From a virus (lineage: Duplodnaviria > Heunggongvirae > Uroviricota > Caudoviricetes), in the IMG/VR virus record IMGVR_UViG_3300040801_001810, positions 1 to 64,000 of that record: a DNA stretch of 64,000 nt. The stretch is one strand, 5' to 3'. The notes under the pieces were generated by a model, which saw only the letters and a list, made by a program, of their open reading frames with translations, searched no databases and was not told the origin of the DNA. A program made the translations under genes and the position numbers. Positions 48,505 through 58,504 of this stretch are shown here, piece by piece. Positions within the stretch are counted from its first letter, which is position 1. Every line of letters starts with the position of its first letter.

Positions 48505-49516
48505 TTCCAGAGTCAGCCATACACTTAGTTCTAAATGAACAATAGTCACATTTAAAGTCTCCGCATGGCTCCCCTTTCTTAGCTTTATTATATGCTATCT
48601 TAGACATTCTACCAATTTTAAATTCTCTATCTATATCTTCCATGTTATAGACCATCTTGTAATCACATGGTGGTAACAAGGAGTTTAAAGAGAAATCATA
48701 TACAGAATCAAACTTAGAAAAGATATCATGTATATTTATTCTAATGTCTGCCATTCTCGCTTGATCAGAAGTAGCTTGTTCAGACTTAGCAAGAAGTTCG
48801 TCATAGGATTCTACATTCTTAAGTTCTAAAGTATATAACTCATTGCCATTAGAATCAATAGCAGTAATTATTGGCCAACCATCTTCATCTAAATCAACTT
48901 TATACCAGAAAGTAGAATTGTCGCTTCTATTAACATAAAGAAGATATACATCGTCAATCTCAGATTTTTTACCTTCATCAATGTTGGTAAAGTAGTACTT
49001 ATAAAGCATTGCTTGCATTAAATTATTAGCAGCAGGAAGAGGAAGAGTCCTCTTATCGCCCATAGTCTTTGGTGCTTTCCATGCACTAACAGACTTAATT
49101 TCAATGCCTTGCTTTCGTCCATTGGATTTGATTACACAATCCATACGACCAGAGACAGCAACTTTATTCTTAGTACTTGGCATGACAAAATTAATAGGAA
49201 CTTGTTCTGATTCAAATATACCAAAGTCTTTAAACTTTTTGATATAATAGTTTTCATACATGTTTCCTGCATCACAAATACTTTTACCTTTAGGACTCAT
49301 TGGTTCTGTTGGTGCAATACCAATGATCTTATAGAACATTGATCGTTTACACTCACCAACTGGGAAAGATCCTAGTTGAACCATAGCTTCTGATGGCCAA
49401 GCAATATTTTGAATTCTTGTTCTAGGCTCACCATTAGATTCTTTGGTAACTTTAGAATCAAATTTTGAAATAGTACTAATAAAATTAGACTGTTTCCTGA
49501 TGTTTAATGTACTCAT
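48491..49516 (-). CDS. Cas4-like PD-(D/E)XK exonuclease
   Basis: WPSE...C.R.MFY, SGRMD, EIKS, Q..LY, C-terminal C...CDYC.....C; AAGGAG RBS. Confidence 0.8.
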   Translation of the reverse strand: MSTLNIRKQSNFISTISKFDSKVTKESNGEPRTRIQNIAWPSEAMVQLGSFPVGECKRSMFYKIIGIAPTEPMSPKGKSICDAGNMYENYYIKKFKDFGIFESEQVPINFVMPSTKNKVAVSGRMDCVIKSNGRKQGIEIKSVSAWKAPKTMGDKRTLPLPAANNLMQAMLYKYYFTNIDEGKKSEIDDVYLLYVNRSDNSTFWYKVDLDEDGWPIITAIDSNGNELYTLELKNVESYDELLAKSEQATSDQARMADIRINIHDIFSKFDSVYDFSLNSLLPPCDYKMVYNMEDIDREFKIGRMSKIAYNKAKKGEPCGDFKCDYCSFRTKCMADSGIMLT

Positions 49517-49539
49517 AATTACTCCTTTTTATTTACTAT

Positions 49540-49568
49540 AATATAGTTTATTTTTAGAGGATTGTCAA
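49540..49568 (-). promoter_or_regulatory. sigma70-type promoter for the Cas4-like gene
   Basis: TTGACA-N17-TATATT on the minus strand. Confidence 0.8.
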
Positions 49569-49604
49569 GTCTATATAAGGTAGTATAGTGCTCATATCTT
49601 GTGC

Positions 49605-49633
49605 TTGACTTTGACTGTAGATTGTAGTATATT
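49605..49633 (+). promoter_or_regulatory. sigma70-type promoter for the Sak/primase unit
   Basis: TTGACT-N17-TATATT. Confidence 0.8.
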
Positions 49634-49663
49634 ATATACAGATAATTAACAAAGGAGGCCATA

Positions 49664-50458
49664 ATGGCTATAGATTTATCAGAATTAAAGAAAGAAATAA
49701 ACTACAAATATAAGCCCCAATCAATTAAGTTTGGGAAGGCTATAATGGTAGCTTATATCGATGCAAGAGATGCTCAAGACCTACTAGACGAAGTTGTAGG
49801 ACCAGAAAATTGGCAAACAGATTATAGTGTAATCAATGGTAATCTATTTTGTAGAGTAGGAATAAATGAGATTGGTGTAGTAGCTAGAAGACAAGGCGAA
49901 ATAGCTTCAAATGAAAGATGGATCTGGAAAACGGATTGTGGTACAGAATCCAATCAAGAAAAAGAAAAAGGCGAAAGCTCAGATGCATTTAAGAGAGCTT
50001 GCGTTCAATGGGGTATTGGTCGATTCCTATATAGATTAGGAGTAGTCGAATTACCTACGAAGAAACATACTAATGGTAAAGAATATCCAGCTACAAAAGA
50101 TGGAAAAATACTATGGTCAAATGATGCTATATCTGATTATATTAGATCAATAAAAGGTAAGAGTGTTAATGCTCCAAAAGCACCAGTATCTGCACCAGTA
50201 AAACCAACACCTAAAAAATATGCCAAAGCGGAAACATCACCAAAGTATAATAAAGTTCAATATAGTGATGAAGTTATAAAGAAGGTTACGAGTCTAGAAC
50301 ACGAGGGTCTTAAAGGTAAGGAGTGTTTAAATGCTCATTTAGCAGCATATAATACTGCATCCAAGACAGAATATAAAATGATATCAGAACTTAATACTGA
50401 TGAAAAACTTCTAGGATTAATAACCTTTATAGAAAATTTAGTACCAAAAGGTATCTAA
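49664..50458 (+). CDS. Rad52/Sak-family single-strand annealing protein
   Basis: AYIDAR...LDEVVGPENW, WIWKTDCG, EKG..SDAFKRACVQWGIGRFLY. Confidence 0.9.
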   Translation: MAIDLSELKKEINYKYKPQSIKFGKAIMVAYIDARDAQDLLDEVVGPENWQTDYSVINGNLFCRVGINEIGVVARRQGEIASNERWIWKTDCGTESNQEKEKGESSDAFKRACVQWGIGRFLYRLGVVELPTKKHTNGKEYPATKDGKILWSNDAISDYIRSIKGKSVNAPKAPVSAPVKPTPKKYAKAETSPKYNKVQYSDEVIKKVTSLEHEGLKGKECLNAHLAAYNTASKTEYKMISELNTDEKLLGLITFIENLVPKGI

Positions 50459-50483
50459 AAGATCTCTGAACTATGCCAAGAAG

Positions 50484-50510
50484 GGGTCAGTTGCGTCAAC
50501 AGCTGACCCT
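50484..50510 (+). other. hairpin upstream of primase-helicase (terminator-like, weak U tract)
   Basis: GGGTCAGTTG-CGTCAA-CAGCTGACCC. Confidence 0.5.
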
Positions 50511-50528
50511 TAATTTTAGGAGAATTAG

Positions 50529-52952
50529 ATGGAAAATGATTTTGACCAGATTACCCAAGTATCAAATGAGTTAAGACCAAAACTACGTGAGTATCTAGAA
50601 CAACAAGGTGTTCAAGTTAGTAACGATGGCTTCATTAGCTGCTTACGTCCAGACCATGCTGATAGAAATCCAAGCTGTTCAATAGGTGGAAAGTTTGGAG
50701 AAGAAGTATTTCATTGTTTTTCATGTGGAGCAGCAGGAAATATATTTAATGCAGTTCATTATCTTGAGGGAAAGCCATTAACAGGAGTAGGGTTCTATGA
50801 AGAAACCTTACCATATTTATGTGCTAAGTTTAATATACCATATGAACCAATTCAAATTAGTAATGAAGCTAGAGATAAATACCAAAAAAGATGCGCAGTA
50901 AAAGATTCAATGAATGTATGTCATTCAATGTCATTTAAAGGAATAGAATTAAATACAGACCATAAAGCTATTAAACATCTTTTAGATAGAGGAATAACCG
51001 AAGCAAGTATTAAGAAGTTTAAGATAGGATGTATTAGTAGTCACAGCGATTATGTAAAGAAGATGACATCAACAGGATATGAAGATGTTGATTGGCTAAG
51101 TAGGGCAGACTTAGCTAATAAAGGTATATTCAATCCACACGCTATCATATTACCAATCCTAGATGATAAGAAAAGACCAGTTGGATTTGTAAGCAGAACA
51201 ACTAAAATGCAACCTAATGATAAGGGGCATTCAAAGTATGTAAACTCAATCAACTCAGATATATATCATAAGAGCGAGATTCTATTTAACTTTCATACAT
51301 ATGATCCCAAGAATGGACCATTATGGATAGTAGAAGGTTATCTAGATGCTATATACTTAGATCAATGTGGACTTAAGAATGTTTGTGCTATAGGAGCAAC
51401 CGCATTAACAGAATCACACGTAGATCTATTAATGAGATCAGGTGTTAAGCATATTAACTTCTGTTATGATGGTGATGACGGCGGTAGAGCAGGAACCAAA
51501 CTTGCCATAGAAAGAACTTCTGTTTATCAAGTATTCAAATCTATTAAGATAATTGAATTGCCTGAAGATAGTGATCCAGATAGTTATGTAAGAGAAAATG
51601 GATTACAGGCTCTATTAGATCTAGGATCACCAGAAGTAGCTCTATCTCCATTCGCTTGGACATTGAAGCATTCTACTTTCCAAGATGATCCAATTGTAAT
51701 TGTAGAACAAGCTATTCCTACAATTGCAAGTGAAGAAAGTAATATTAAAAGACTTAAGATGATCAAAGAACTGTCTAAGATAACAGGAATTGGTCAAGAA
51801 GATATACGAAAAGACGTAGATGCAATAGTAAATAAAGATTCAAGTATATTCTTAGATGAGCTAACTGATATTAACAAGTATGTCCAGGTAGCTCTATCAA
51901 GAAAGAAAATTAAAGATACAAAGAATATTATTGGAGAAGCATTAATAAAGATACAGAATCTCGAAAGAAAATTCAATAATAGAATTGATAATAGAATTAC
52001 ATACGATGAAAAGATAGACAATCTTTGGGAGAAATTAGAGAACGGATTATATAAATATGGTTTAGTTACACCAAAATTTAAGAAGTTCGAAGAAATATTT
52101 GATGGTTTACCTTACAACACATGTATGACTCTAATAGGAGGAAGACCTGGAGCAGGTAAAACAACATGGGCAACAGCATTAGCTATAGATGTTGTAGAAG
52201 AAAATCCAGACACAGCTGTGTTTTATATGTCTATTGATGATACAACAGAATTAATGACTATGAAAATGCTAGCCGCACGAACAGGATTTTCAACATCAAA
52301 GATTAAAAGAATGCAATCGTTAAGCGTAGATGAACGACAAGTAATTAGAGATGCTCGATCATGGTTAAATAATTTAAAGAAAAGATTTGTCATGGTAGAT
52401 GCGGGAGAAGGAACAACACCAGAAGTAATGGAAGCGCACATCGAATGGTTCTTAAGAGAGTATCACGATAAGAAAAAGATATTCCTATTAGATAATTTTC
52501 ATAAATTAAAGGTACCAACAGCTAATCAAAAGAGCGATGCTATATCTCAGCTATCTGAAAAGATAAAAGAATTAACTAGACTGTATGATATACACATAAT
52601 GATGACTGTAGAATTAAGAAAGATGGGGGAAAATAGCTCTAGACCAACACCATCTGATCTAAAAGATTCAGTTCAATTAGAGTATGATGCAGACGTAATT
52701 ATCATGGCTCACAATGATAAGCAAGTAAATCAAGACACAACAATAGTTTGGGAAGGAATGTATGGAGATGAAGGTATAAAGACTATGCCTTTCATAGAAG
52801 TCACAGTTCATAAAAATAAGATGACTGGTAAAACAGGCGGACTAGCATACAAACTTAACTCATACAATCTTCAAATAGAGGAAGACAGTTACTCAACTAT
52901 TAAAACCTTAAAAAGCAAAAATGCAAAATCAACATTCACAATAGGGAAATAA
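50529..52952 (+). CDS. DnaG primase - DnaB helicase fusion
   Basis: Zn finger C..H.D..PS..HCFSC, KYVNS, VEGYLD, YDGDDGG, DPD; GRPGAGKT, LDNFH, SDLKDS..LEYDAD, KNK. Confidence 0.93.
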   Translation: MENDFDQITQVSNELRPKLREYLEQQGVQVSNDGFISCLRPDHADRNPSCSIGGKFGEEVFHCFSCGAAGNIFNAVHYLEGKPLTGVGFYEETLPYLCAKFNIPYEPIQISNEARDKYQKRCAVKDSMNVCHSMSFKGIELNTDHKAIKHLLDRGITEASIKKFKIGCISSHSDYVKKMTSTGYEDVDWLSRADLANKGIFNPHAIILPILDDKKRPVGFVSRTTKMQPNDKGHSKYVNSINSDIYHKSEILFNFHTYDPKNGPLWIVEGYLDAIYLDQCGLKNVCAIGATALTESHVDLLMRSGVKHINFCYDGDDGGRAGTKLAIERTSVYQVFKSIKIIELPEDSDPDSYVRENGLQALLDLGSPEVALSPFAWTLKHSTFQDDPIVIVEQAIPTIASEESNIKRLKMIKELSKITGIGQEDIRKDVDAIVNKDSSIFLDELTDINKYVQVALSRKKIKDTKNIIGEALIKIQNLERKFNNRIDNRITYDEKIDNLWEKLENGLYKYGLVTPKFKKFEEIFDGLPYNTCMTLIGGRPGAGKTTWATALAIDVVEENPDTAVFYMSIDDTTELMTMKMLAARTGFSTSKIKRMQSLSVDERQVIRDARSWLNNLKKRFVMVDAGEGTTPEVMEAHIEWFLREYHDKKKIFLLDNFHKLKVPTANQKSDAISQLSEKIKELTRLYDIHIMMTVELRKMGENSSRPTPSDLKDSVQLEYDADVIIMAHNDKQVNQDTTIVWEGMYGDEGIKTMPFIEVTVHKNKMTGKTGGLAYKLNSYNLQIEEDSYSTIKTLKSKNAKSTFTIGK

Positions 52953-52953
52953 A

Positions 52954-54192
52954 ATGTTTGTAATATATGACAAAGAAAAACAACGAATTCCAATTAAAGT
53001 GTGGCTAGATGATATTAGTCACCTAGAACCAGGATGTTTAGAACAGGCAACTAACCTCTCTAACCTACCCTTTGCTACTAATCATATCTCACTTATGCCT
53101 GATACACATCAAGGTTATGGTATGCCTATCGGGGGTATACTTGCTACGGAAGGAGTTGTAGTTCCTAATGCAGTTGGTGTTGATATCGGATGCGGCATGG
53201 GATTTTTATTAACTAATATTAAATATGAAGATATCAAAGATGTTAAAACTAAAGATAACCAAGACTTAATATGGGCTATCTTAGGAAACATTAAACGAAA
53301 TGTTCCAGTAGGATTTAATCACCATAAAGAACCGCAAGTTTGGTCTGGGTTTGATAGTCCACCAGCTTATTATAATGGGAAAACATTAGAAATAATTGAT
53401 CAACAGTTAACAAAAGCTACATATCAACTAGGTACTCTAGGTGGAGGAAACCACTTTGTAGATTTACAAGTAGATAAGGATGGTTATCTAGCCATTATGA
53501 TTCATAGTGGAAGTAGAAATTTTGGTAAACAAATATGTGATTATTATAACCGTAAAGCTCAAGTATTGAATGAAAGATGGAAAACACTCGTACCTAAATC
53601 AAGTGACCTAGCTTTCTTACCAATTGAAGATGATCTTGGTAAAGAATATATGGACGCAATGAACTATGCTCTTGAATTTGCTAAGCAAAATCGACATTTA
53701 ATTATGGAACGATCTAAAAATGTAGTTCTAAATATGATTCAAAAGTATGCAGGTATTTCCAAAGTAAAAATAACCCAAGAAGTGAATATACATCATAACT
53801 ATGCAGCATGGGAGAATCATTATGGAAAGAACGTCATTATTCACAGGAAGGGCGCAACGCTTGCCCGCTCTAATGGCCTTGGTATTATACCTGGTTCTAT
53901 GGGTACCGCTTCTCATATTGTTAGGGGTCGTGGAAATGATGAAAGCTTTAACTCGTGTAGTCATGGTGCTGGTAGATGCATGGGGAGAAGAGCGGCAACA
54001 AGAAAGTACACAGTCCAAGAAGTTATAGAAGATATAGCTAAGCGTGGGGTTCAAGTTATGAAAGATAACAAGAATGATATAGCAGAAGAATGCCCCTGGT
54101 CTTATAAAGATATAGGAACTGTCATGGATAACCAAAAGGATTTGGTTGATATAGTTAATACACTTACACCTATAGGAGTACTAATAGCATGA
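52954..54192 (+). CDS. rtcB: RtcB RNA ligase
   Basis: MPDTHQGYGMPIG, VGVDIGCG, GTLGGGNHF, HSGSR, HHNY, HRKGA, PGSMG, SCSHGAGR, YKDI. Confidence 0.96.
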   Translation: MFVIYDKEKQRIPIKVWLDDISHLEPGCLEQATNLSNLPFATNHISLMPDTHQGYGMPIGGILATEGVVVPNAVGVDIGCGMGFLLTNIKYEDIKDVKTKDNQDLIWAILGNIKRNVPVGFNHHKEPQVWSGFDSPPAYYNGKTLEIIDQQLTKATYQLGTLGGGNHFVDLQVDKDGYLAIMIHSGSRNFGKQICDYYNRKAQVLNERWKTLVPKSSDLAFLPIEDDLGKEYMDAMNYALEFAKQNRHLIMERSKNVVLNMIQKYAGISKVKITQEVNIHHNYAAWENHYGKNVIIHRKGATLARSNGLGIIPGSMGTASHIVRGRGNDESFNSCSHGAGRCMGRRAATRKYTVQEVIEDIAKRGVQVMKDNKNDIAEECPWSYKDIGTVMDNQKDLVDIVNTLTPIGVLIA

Positions 54193-54764
54193 TTTGGTTT
54201 ACATCAGATACACACTTTGGTCACAAAAACATTATTAAATATTGTAATCGACCATTTGAAAATGTAGAAGAAATGGACCAGACTATAATTAAAAACTGGA
54301 ATAGTGTTGTAAAAGATAATGATTTAGTATATCATCTAGGTGATTTTATGAGTTGGGCTGGAAATTCTTCTACTATTGAAAGAAGATACAGACAATATAG
54401 ACATGCTCTTAAAGGCAAAATTTTTCTTATAGAAGGTAATCATGATTATAAAATTGGTTCTCCTTTTTCATATGCTCTAGAAGGAAAATGTCCTTTAATG
54501 ACTCTTAGATATCAAGGTAGAAAAATAATACTATGTCACTATGCTATGAAAGTATGGGATGCTTCACACTTTGATAGCTGGCATTTATTTGGTCATAGTC
54601 ATGGGACATTAGACGCAGTAGGAAAGAGTTGGGATGTTGGAGTTGACTCTAATGAGTTTACTCCAATAAGTTTTAATGATCTAGGAGCTATTATGAATAA
54701 CCAATGTCATAATGAAAATTGGGTAGAAAGGCTACCTGGATATAAAAATGTCAAGTCCAATTAA
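54189..54764 (+). CDS. calcineurin-like metallophosphoesterase
   Basis: FTSDTHFGH, HLGDF, GNHD, LCHY, GHSH, DVGVD. Confidence 0.9.
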   Translation: MIWFTSDTHFGHKNIIKYCNRPFENVEEMDQTIIKNWNSVVKDNDLVYHLGDFMSWAGNSSTIERRYRQYRHALKGKIFLIEGNHDYKIGSPFSYALEGKCPLMTLRYQGRKIILCHYAMKVWDASHFDSWHLFGHSHGTLDAVGKSWDVGVDSNEFTPISFNDLGAIMNNQCHNENWVERLPGYKNVKSN

Positions 54765-55413
54765 CTGCGAGACATTTTGCAATAGACTTACTAAGTGTTC
54801 TTACTATAAAGAAAAGAATTCCTATGTAAGAAATATCAGATTATTATTTACTAGGATTCTTAAACGATATTCAAAGGATCCTAGTGAATCCTTCCTAAAA
54901 ATATTCTCGGAAGAGTTTAGTAAGAGAAGTTACACTGGGCATAACCAAATATATACAGACGATAAGATGACATTTAAGGACTACTGCTTAAAGTGTGCCT
55001 GTCATATGGCAGAATTTCTCCAGAGAGAACCAGTATCTAGATATCAGATTTTTTATTTCTATCAACAGATTAAGGGAAGTATAGATGCAGAGATTACAAA
55101 AAAGAATCTAAGTATATGTTTTTCTTTTAAAAATGCATTTGATACTGAAAAAGAGCTTGACTTTTATAGTCTTAATAATTATATTTATAATAAGGTTCAC
55201 AAGACCACTAACGACTGTCTTGTAATGAGTGTTCCGACGGACTCTTACTTCTTAGTTAAATATGGGGAAACAGACTATACTATGAGGAGGGGATTTATTA
55301 CCTCTAATATAAAAAACAAGTCAAGACGACAGGGACCTTATTGTATTACCTGTCAGAATGATTGTAAACCTTTATTTATTAATGGGTTAGACCGACTGGA
55401 AGGCTTATTATGA
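54748..55413 (+). CDS. hypothetical protein (possible degenerate Cas4-like fold)
   Basis: N-terminal Cys and C-terminal GPYCITCQNDC; no clear catalytic motif. Confidence 0.4.
   Translation: MSSPINCETFCNRLTKCSYYKEKNSYVRNIRLLFTRILKRYSKDPSESFLKIFSEEFSKRSYTGHNQIYTDDKMTFKDYCLKCACHMAEFLQREPVSRYQIFYFYQQIKGSIDAEITKKNLSICFSFKNAFDTEKELDFYSLNNYIYNKVHKTTNDCLVMSVPTDSYFLVKYGETDYTMRRGFITSNIKNKSRRQGPYCITCQNDCKPLFINGLDRLEGLL
55157..55185 (+). promoter_or_regulatory. intragenic sigma70-type promoter
   Basis: TTGACT-N17-TATATT, same consensus as the intergenic copies. Confidence 0.6.
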
Positions 55414-55839
55414 TAGACATTGTAACAAAAAGCGGAAAAAGAATTGGAAGAATATCAGACAGCTTGGACCAAGACGATACTTTAGTTATCGATGGTAAAG
55501 AAGTAAAATTATCTGATGTGTACGCCGATGATAAAATAAGAATGGCTTTTAACGATCAAGTAAAAGAGCTAAGAGATGACACACAATCAGAAGACTCTGA
55601 TTCCTGATGAAGTTCAAGACATTGCTTACAAGAAATTTTGCAAATTACCATTAAAACATAAGCTTATTGTTTATGCCAGATTAGTACATGGCAATTCATT
55701 TAAAGCACAGAATAATGATTTATTCGATCTTAACAGAAGAATAGTTAGTCGTATATTCAGAATATATATCGAATCATTGCGTGATGCTGTTAAAAAGGCA
55801 CCAAAATAATATTGGTGCCTTTAATTATTGGAGACTAAA

Positions 55840-57318
55840 ATGCGGAAGAAAAGAATTTTATTTATATCAGATAGTGTTAAAAGAAAAACTGGATACGCTA
55901 CTGTAGCAAAGAACTTAATAGAACAGCTTTGCAAAGAAGATAAGTATGACATAGCACAACTGGGTCTTGCGGATGTTCCAGCACCTGTTAGATTAAATAT
56001 TGATTATTACTCACAGATAAAAGATCACTCCAAATGTTGTAAGAGAGATCCTATTTTAGAGTATAGAGCAAAAGGAAATCCTGAGATAAAAATTCTCGAT
56101 ATGCCTAAAGAAGGAGAAAAAGACTTAAAGTTATCTGCTAACCAGAAGTTTTGTGTTAAAGGACATAATCTACAACAGGATCATTATGCATATGATTCAG
56201 TATATTTTGTAACTAGACACTTCAAACCAGATATTATTGTACCTATTAATGACCTTTGGGGATTGTATAATATTAACCATCTTAGAAATAGAAAGTGTTA
56301 TAAGTTCATTCCATACTTAGCAATCGACAGCGAGTGTCTATTCCCAATGCTAAATCCTCCAGAGGGACGTCCTGGGCTACCACCAATTGATACTATACAA
56401 AGTGTTGGAGCAACTAATAAGACTATTGTATTTACGGAGTGGGCTAAAGAGGTTATCCAGAAGACATGTCGAGTTGCTACTGGTGGAAAAGAATTAAGTA
56501 ACATAGACGTCATTCCTCATGGAGTGGATATTTCTAAGTGGAAACCACTAAGTCCAGAAGAGAGAAAAGCAGCAAGAAAGAAATACTTTGGTATAGAAGA
56601 CGATACGTTCCTAGTTGGTAGTGTAGCTAGAAACCAGCCTAGAAAAAGACTGGACGCTATCTTCATGACACTAAGAGCATTCATAGATAAGTATGAAAAA
56701 CCAAATAGAAAGATTAAATGTTACTTTCATTGTTCCCTAGAAGATAATCTAGGTTGGGATCTTGGTTGGATGGGTGCTTACTATAATGTACATGATAGAT
56801 GTATATATGATAAGAATCTAAAACCTGGAGTAGGCCCAGATGATGAACAACTAAATGAAGTTATCAATTGCTTTGATGCTCATCTTAGTTTAACAAACTC
56901 TGAAGGATGGCACCTGCCTGCACTAGAGACAGCAGCTGCTGGAATACCTAATGTTATCACTAAGTACTCTGCTCATGCTGATTGGGGCAAAGATGCTCAT
57001 CTTTTCTGCAAAGTAGCTGGCTGGTATCATGAGCCAAGAACTGGATTCATCAAAGCAGTTGCTGATACCGATCATGCAGCAAAACAATTAAGTTTACTAT
57101 ATAATAGTAAGAAGATGTGTGAAGAGTATTCTAAGCGTGGTATTAAACTAGGTAAGAAACTTCAATGGAAAAATATTGCCAAAGAATGGATCACCTTATT
57201 TGATGAAACTGATATATCCGATCTAGAAGAAGGTAGATATGAGAAGGATGACCCAACAGTTAGTCTAGCTCAGAATGCTAATAGTATGGCACTCAAACAT
57301 TTCCCAGGAGATGAATAA
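55840..57318 (+). CDS. glycosyltransferase family 4 (GT-B)
   Basis: ILFISD..TGYA, IPHGVD, VARNQPRKRLD, EGWHLPALETAAAGIP. Confidence 0.9.
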   Translation: MRKKRILFISDSVKRKTGYATVAKNLIEQLCKEDKYDIAQLGLADVPAPVRLNIDYYSQIKDHSKCCKRDPILEYRAKGNPEIKILDMPKEGEKDLKLSANQKFCVKGHNLQQDHYAYDSVYFVTRHFKPDIIVPINDLWGLYNINHLRNRKCYKFIPYLAIDSECLFPMLNPPEGRPGLPPIDTIQSVGATNKTIVFTEWAKEVIQKTCRVATGGKELSNIDVIPHGVDISKWKPLSPEERKAARKKYFGIEDDTFLVGSVARNQPRKRLDAIFMTLRAFIDKYEKPNRKIKCYFHCSLEDNLGWDLGWMGAYYNVHDRCIYDKNLKPGVGPDDEQLNEVINCFDAHLSLTNSEGWHLPALETAAAGIPNVITKYSAHADWGKDAHLFCKVAGWYHEPRTGFIKAVADTDHAAKQLSLLYNSKKMCEEYSKRGIKLGKKLQWKNIAKEWITLFDETDISDLEEGRYEKDDPTVSLAQNANSMALKHFPGDE

Positions 57319-58217
57319 TGAACATAATACTAGTAGCAGACTTTTTACTAGAAGATATGGTCAGAGGAGCACAGTTAACTGATGAAGCTATGCTCCTTCA
57401 TCTTGGCCTAGAAGCAACACAAAGAATAAGATCAAAAGATCTAACTGCAATAGATAATAATACTTTTTATATTCTAAGTAGTTTCTTCCAACTATCTGAT
57501 GCATCTAAGTTTGCTCTTCAACAGTATGGTAACTATATAATCTTTGAACATGACCATGGTTATGTGCCATCTAGAAATCCGTTCATGATTTATACTGCTA
57601 AGGGAGAGGTTATAATCAATACTGATGGAAAGGTTTCAAAAGAATATCAGATCCATAGAGAACTATATAAGAAAGCCAAAGCAGTTATATGCCTAACTAA
57701 GTGGCATGAAGATCAGCTCAGTCAAAATCTAGAAGGTACTTTTGACAACATAGGCGGAGCAAGCTGGACAATACAATCATTAGATGATATAGATAGCATA
57801 AGAGAATCAGCTAATAAGAAATATGAATATTGTTTCTTTAATGATAATACAATGCTTACCTTACCTAATGGTCAACAATACAATCAAGGCGAAAATATTA
57901 AAAATAAGAAGGGTGCTTTAGACTACTGTATAGCTAATAAATTAAAATATAAATTGCTTCCTAGAATCAATAATAATAAAAAATTTCTTTCTATTATGTG
58001 TAGTTTTAAAGGGTTCATATTCTTCCCTATTATACCTGAAACCTGTTCTCGTATACTTACCGAAGCTAAAATGCTTGGCCTTGAAGTCATAACTAATTCT
58101 AATAGCGGAGCCTATCATGAATCTTGGTTTGATCTTAACGGACAAGAACTAACTGATCACTTTAGAAACACAGTTATACCACAATCAATAGAAATATTCA
58201 GAAAGTATTTACCATGA
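57318..58217 (+). CDS. GT-B glycosyltransferase-like protein
   Basis: GAQL, FEHD, KKG, FIFFP..PETCSR..EAKMLG. Confidence 0.7.
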   Translation: MNIILVADFLLEDMVRGAQLTDEAMLLHLGLEATQRIRSKDLTAIDNNTFYILSSFFQLSDASKFALQQYGNYIIFEHDHGYVPSRNPFMIYTAKGEVIINTDGKVSKEYQIHRELYKKAKAVICLTKWHEDQLSQNLEGTFDNIGGASWTIQSLDDIDSIRESANKKYEYCFFNDNTMLTLPNGQQYNQGENIKNKKGALDYCIANKLKYKLLPRINNNKKFLSIMCSFKGFIFFPIIPETCSRILTEAKMLGLEVITNSNSGAYHESWFDLNGQELTDHFRNTVIPQSIEIFRKYLP

Positions 58218-58504
58218 AACACCTAAAACAACATAATGTTAACCTATACCTAGCTTGTGAAGAAATGAGCTTATCAAAACCAGAACAACATATATACTTA
58301 TGTTTACTTGCATCATCTAATGAAAATAATGAAGATAATGTAGCAGAAATAGACTATCGTACATTAGCTCGTTACTCTCGAGTATCAGAGAGTACAACTA
58401 AAAAAGCAATTAAAAGTCTTAAAGAAAAGAAGATAATAACAGTATCTAAAGGCTGTAGAAAACCTAACAGCTATAGAATTGAACATATACCAAAAGGCAT
58501 ATAA
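58214..58504 (+). CDS. winged-HTH protein
   Basis: IYLCL...YRTLARYSRVSESTTKKAIKSLKEKKII...PNSY. Confidence 0.75.
   Translation: MKHLKQHNVNLYLACEEMSLSKPEQHIYLCLLASSNENNEDNVAEIDYRTLARYSRVSESTTKKAIKSLKEKKIITVSKGCRKPNSYRIEHIPKGI

Noticed and set aside
48491-49516. CRISPR-Cas locus
   Set aside because: Solo Cas4-like gene; no repeat-spacer array or other cas genes seen in the window.
42304-54192. Inteins or introns in PolB, primase-helicase or RtcB
   Set aside because: Lengths are ordinary, motifs are contiguous, and no intein splice motifs or LAGLIDADG inserts were seen.
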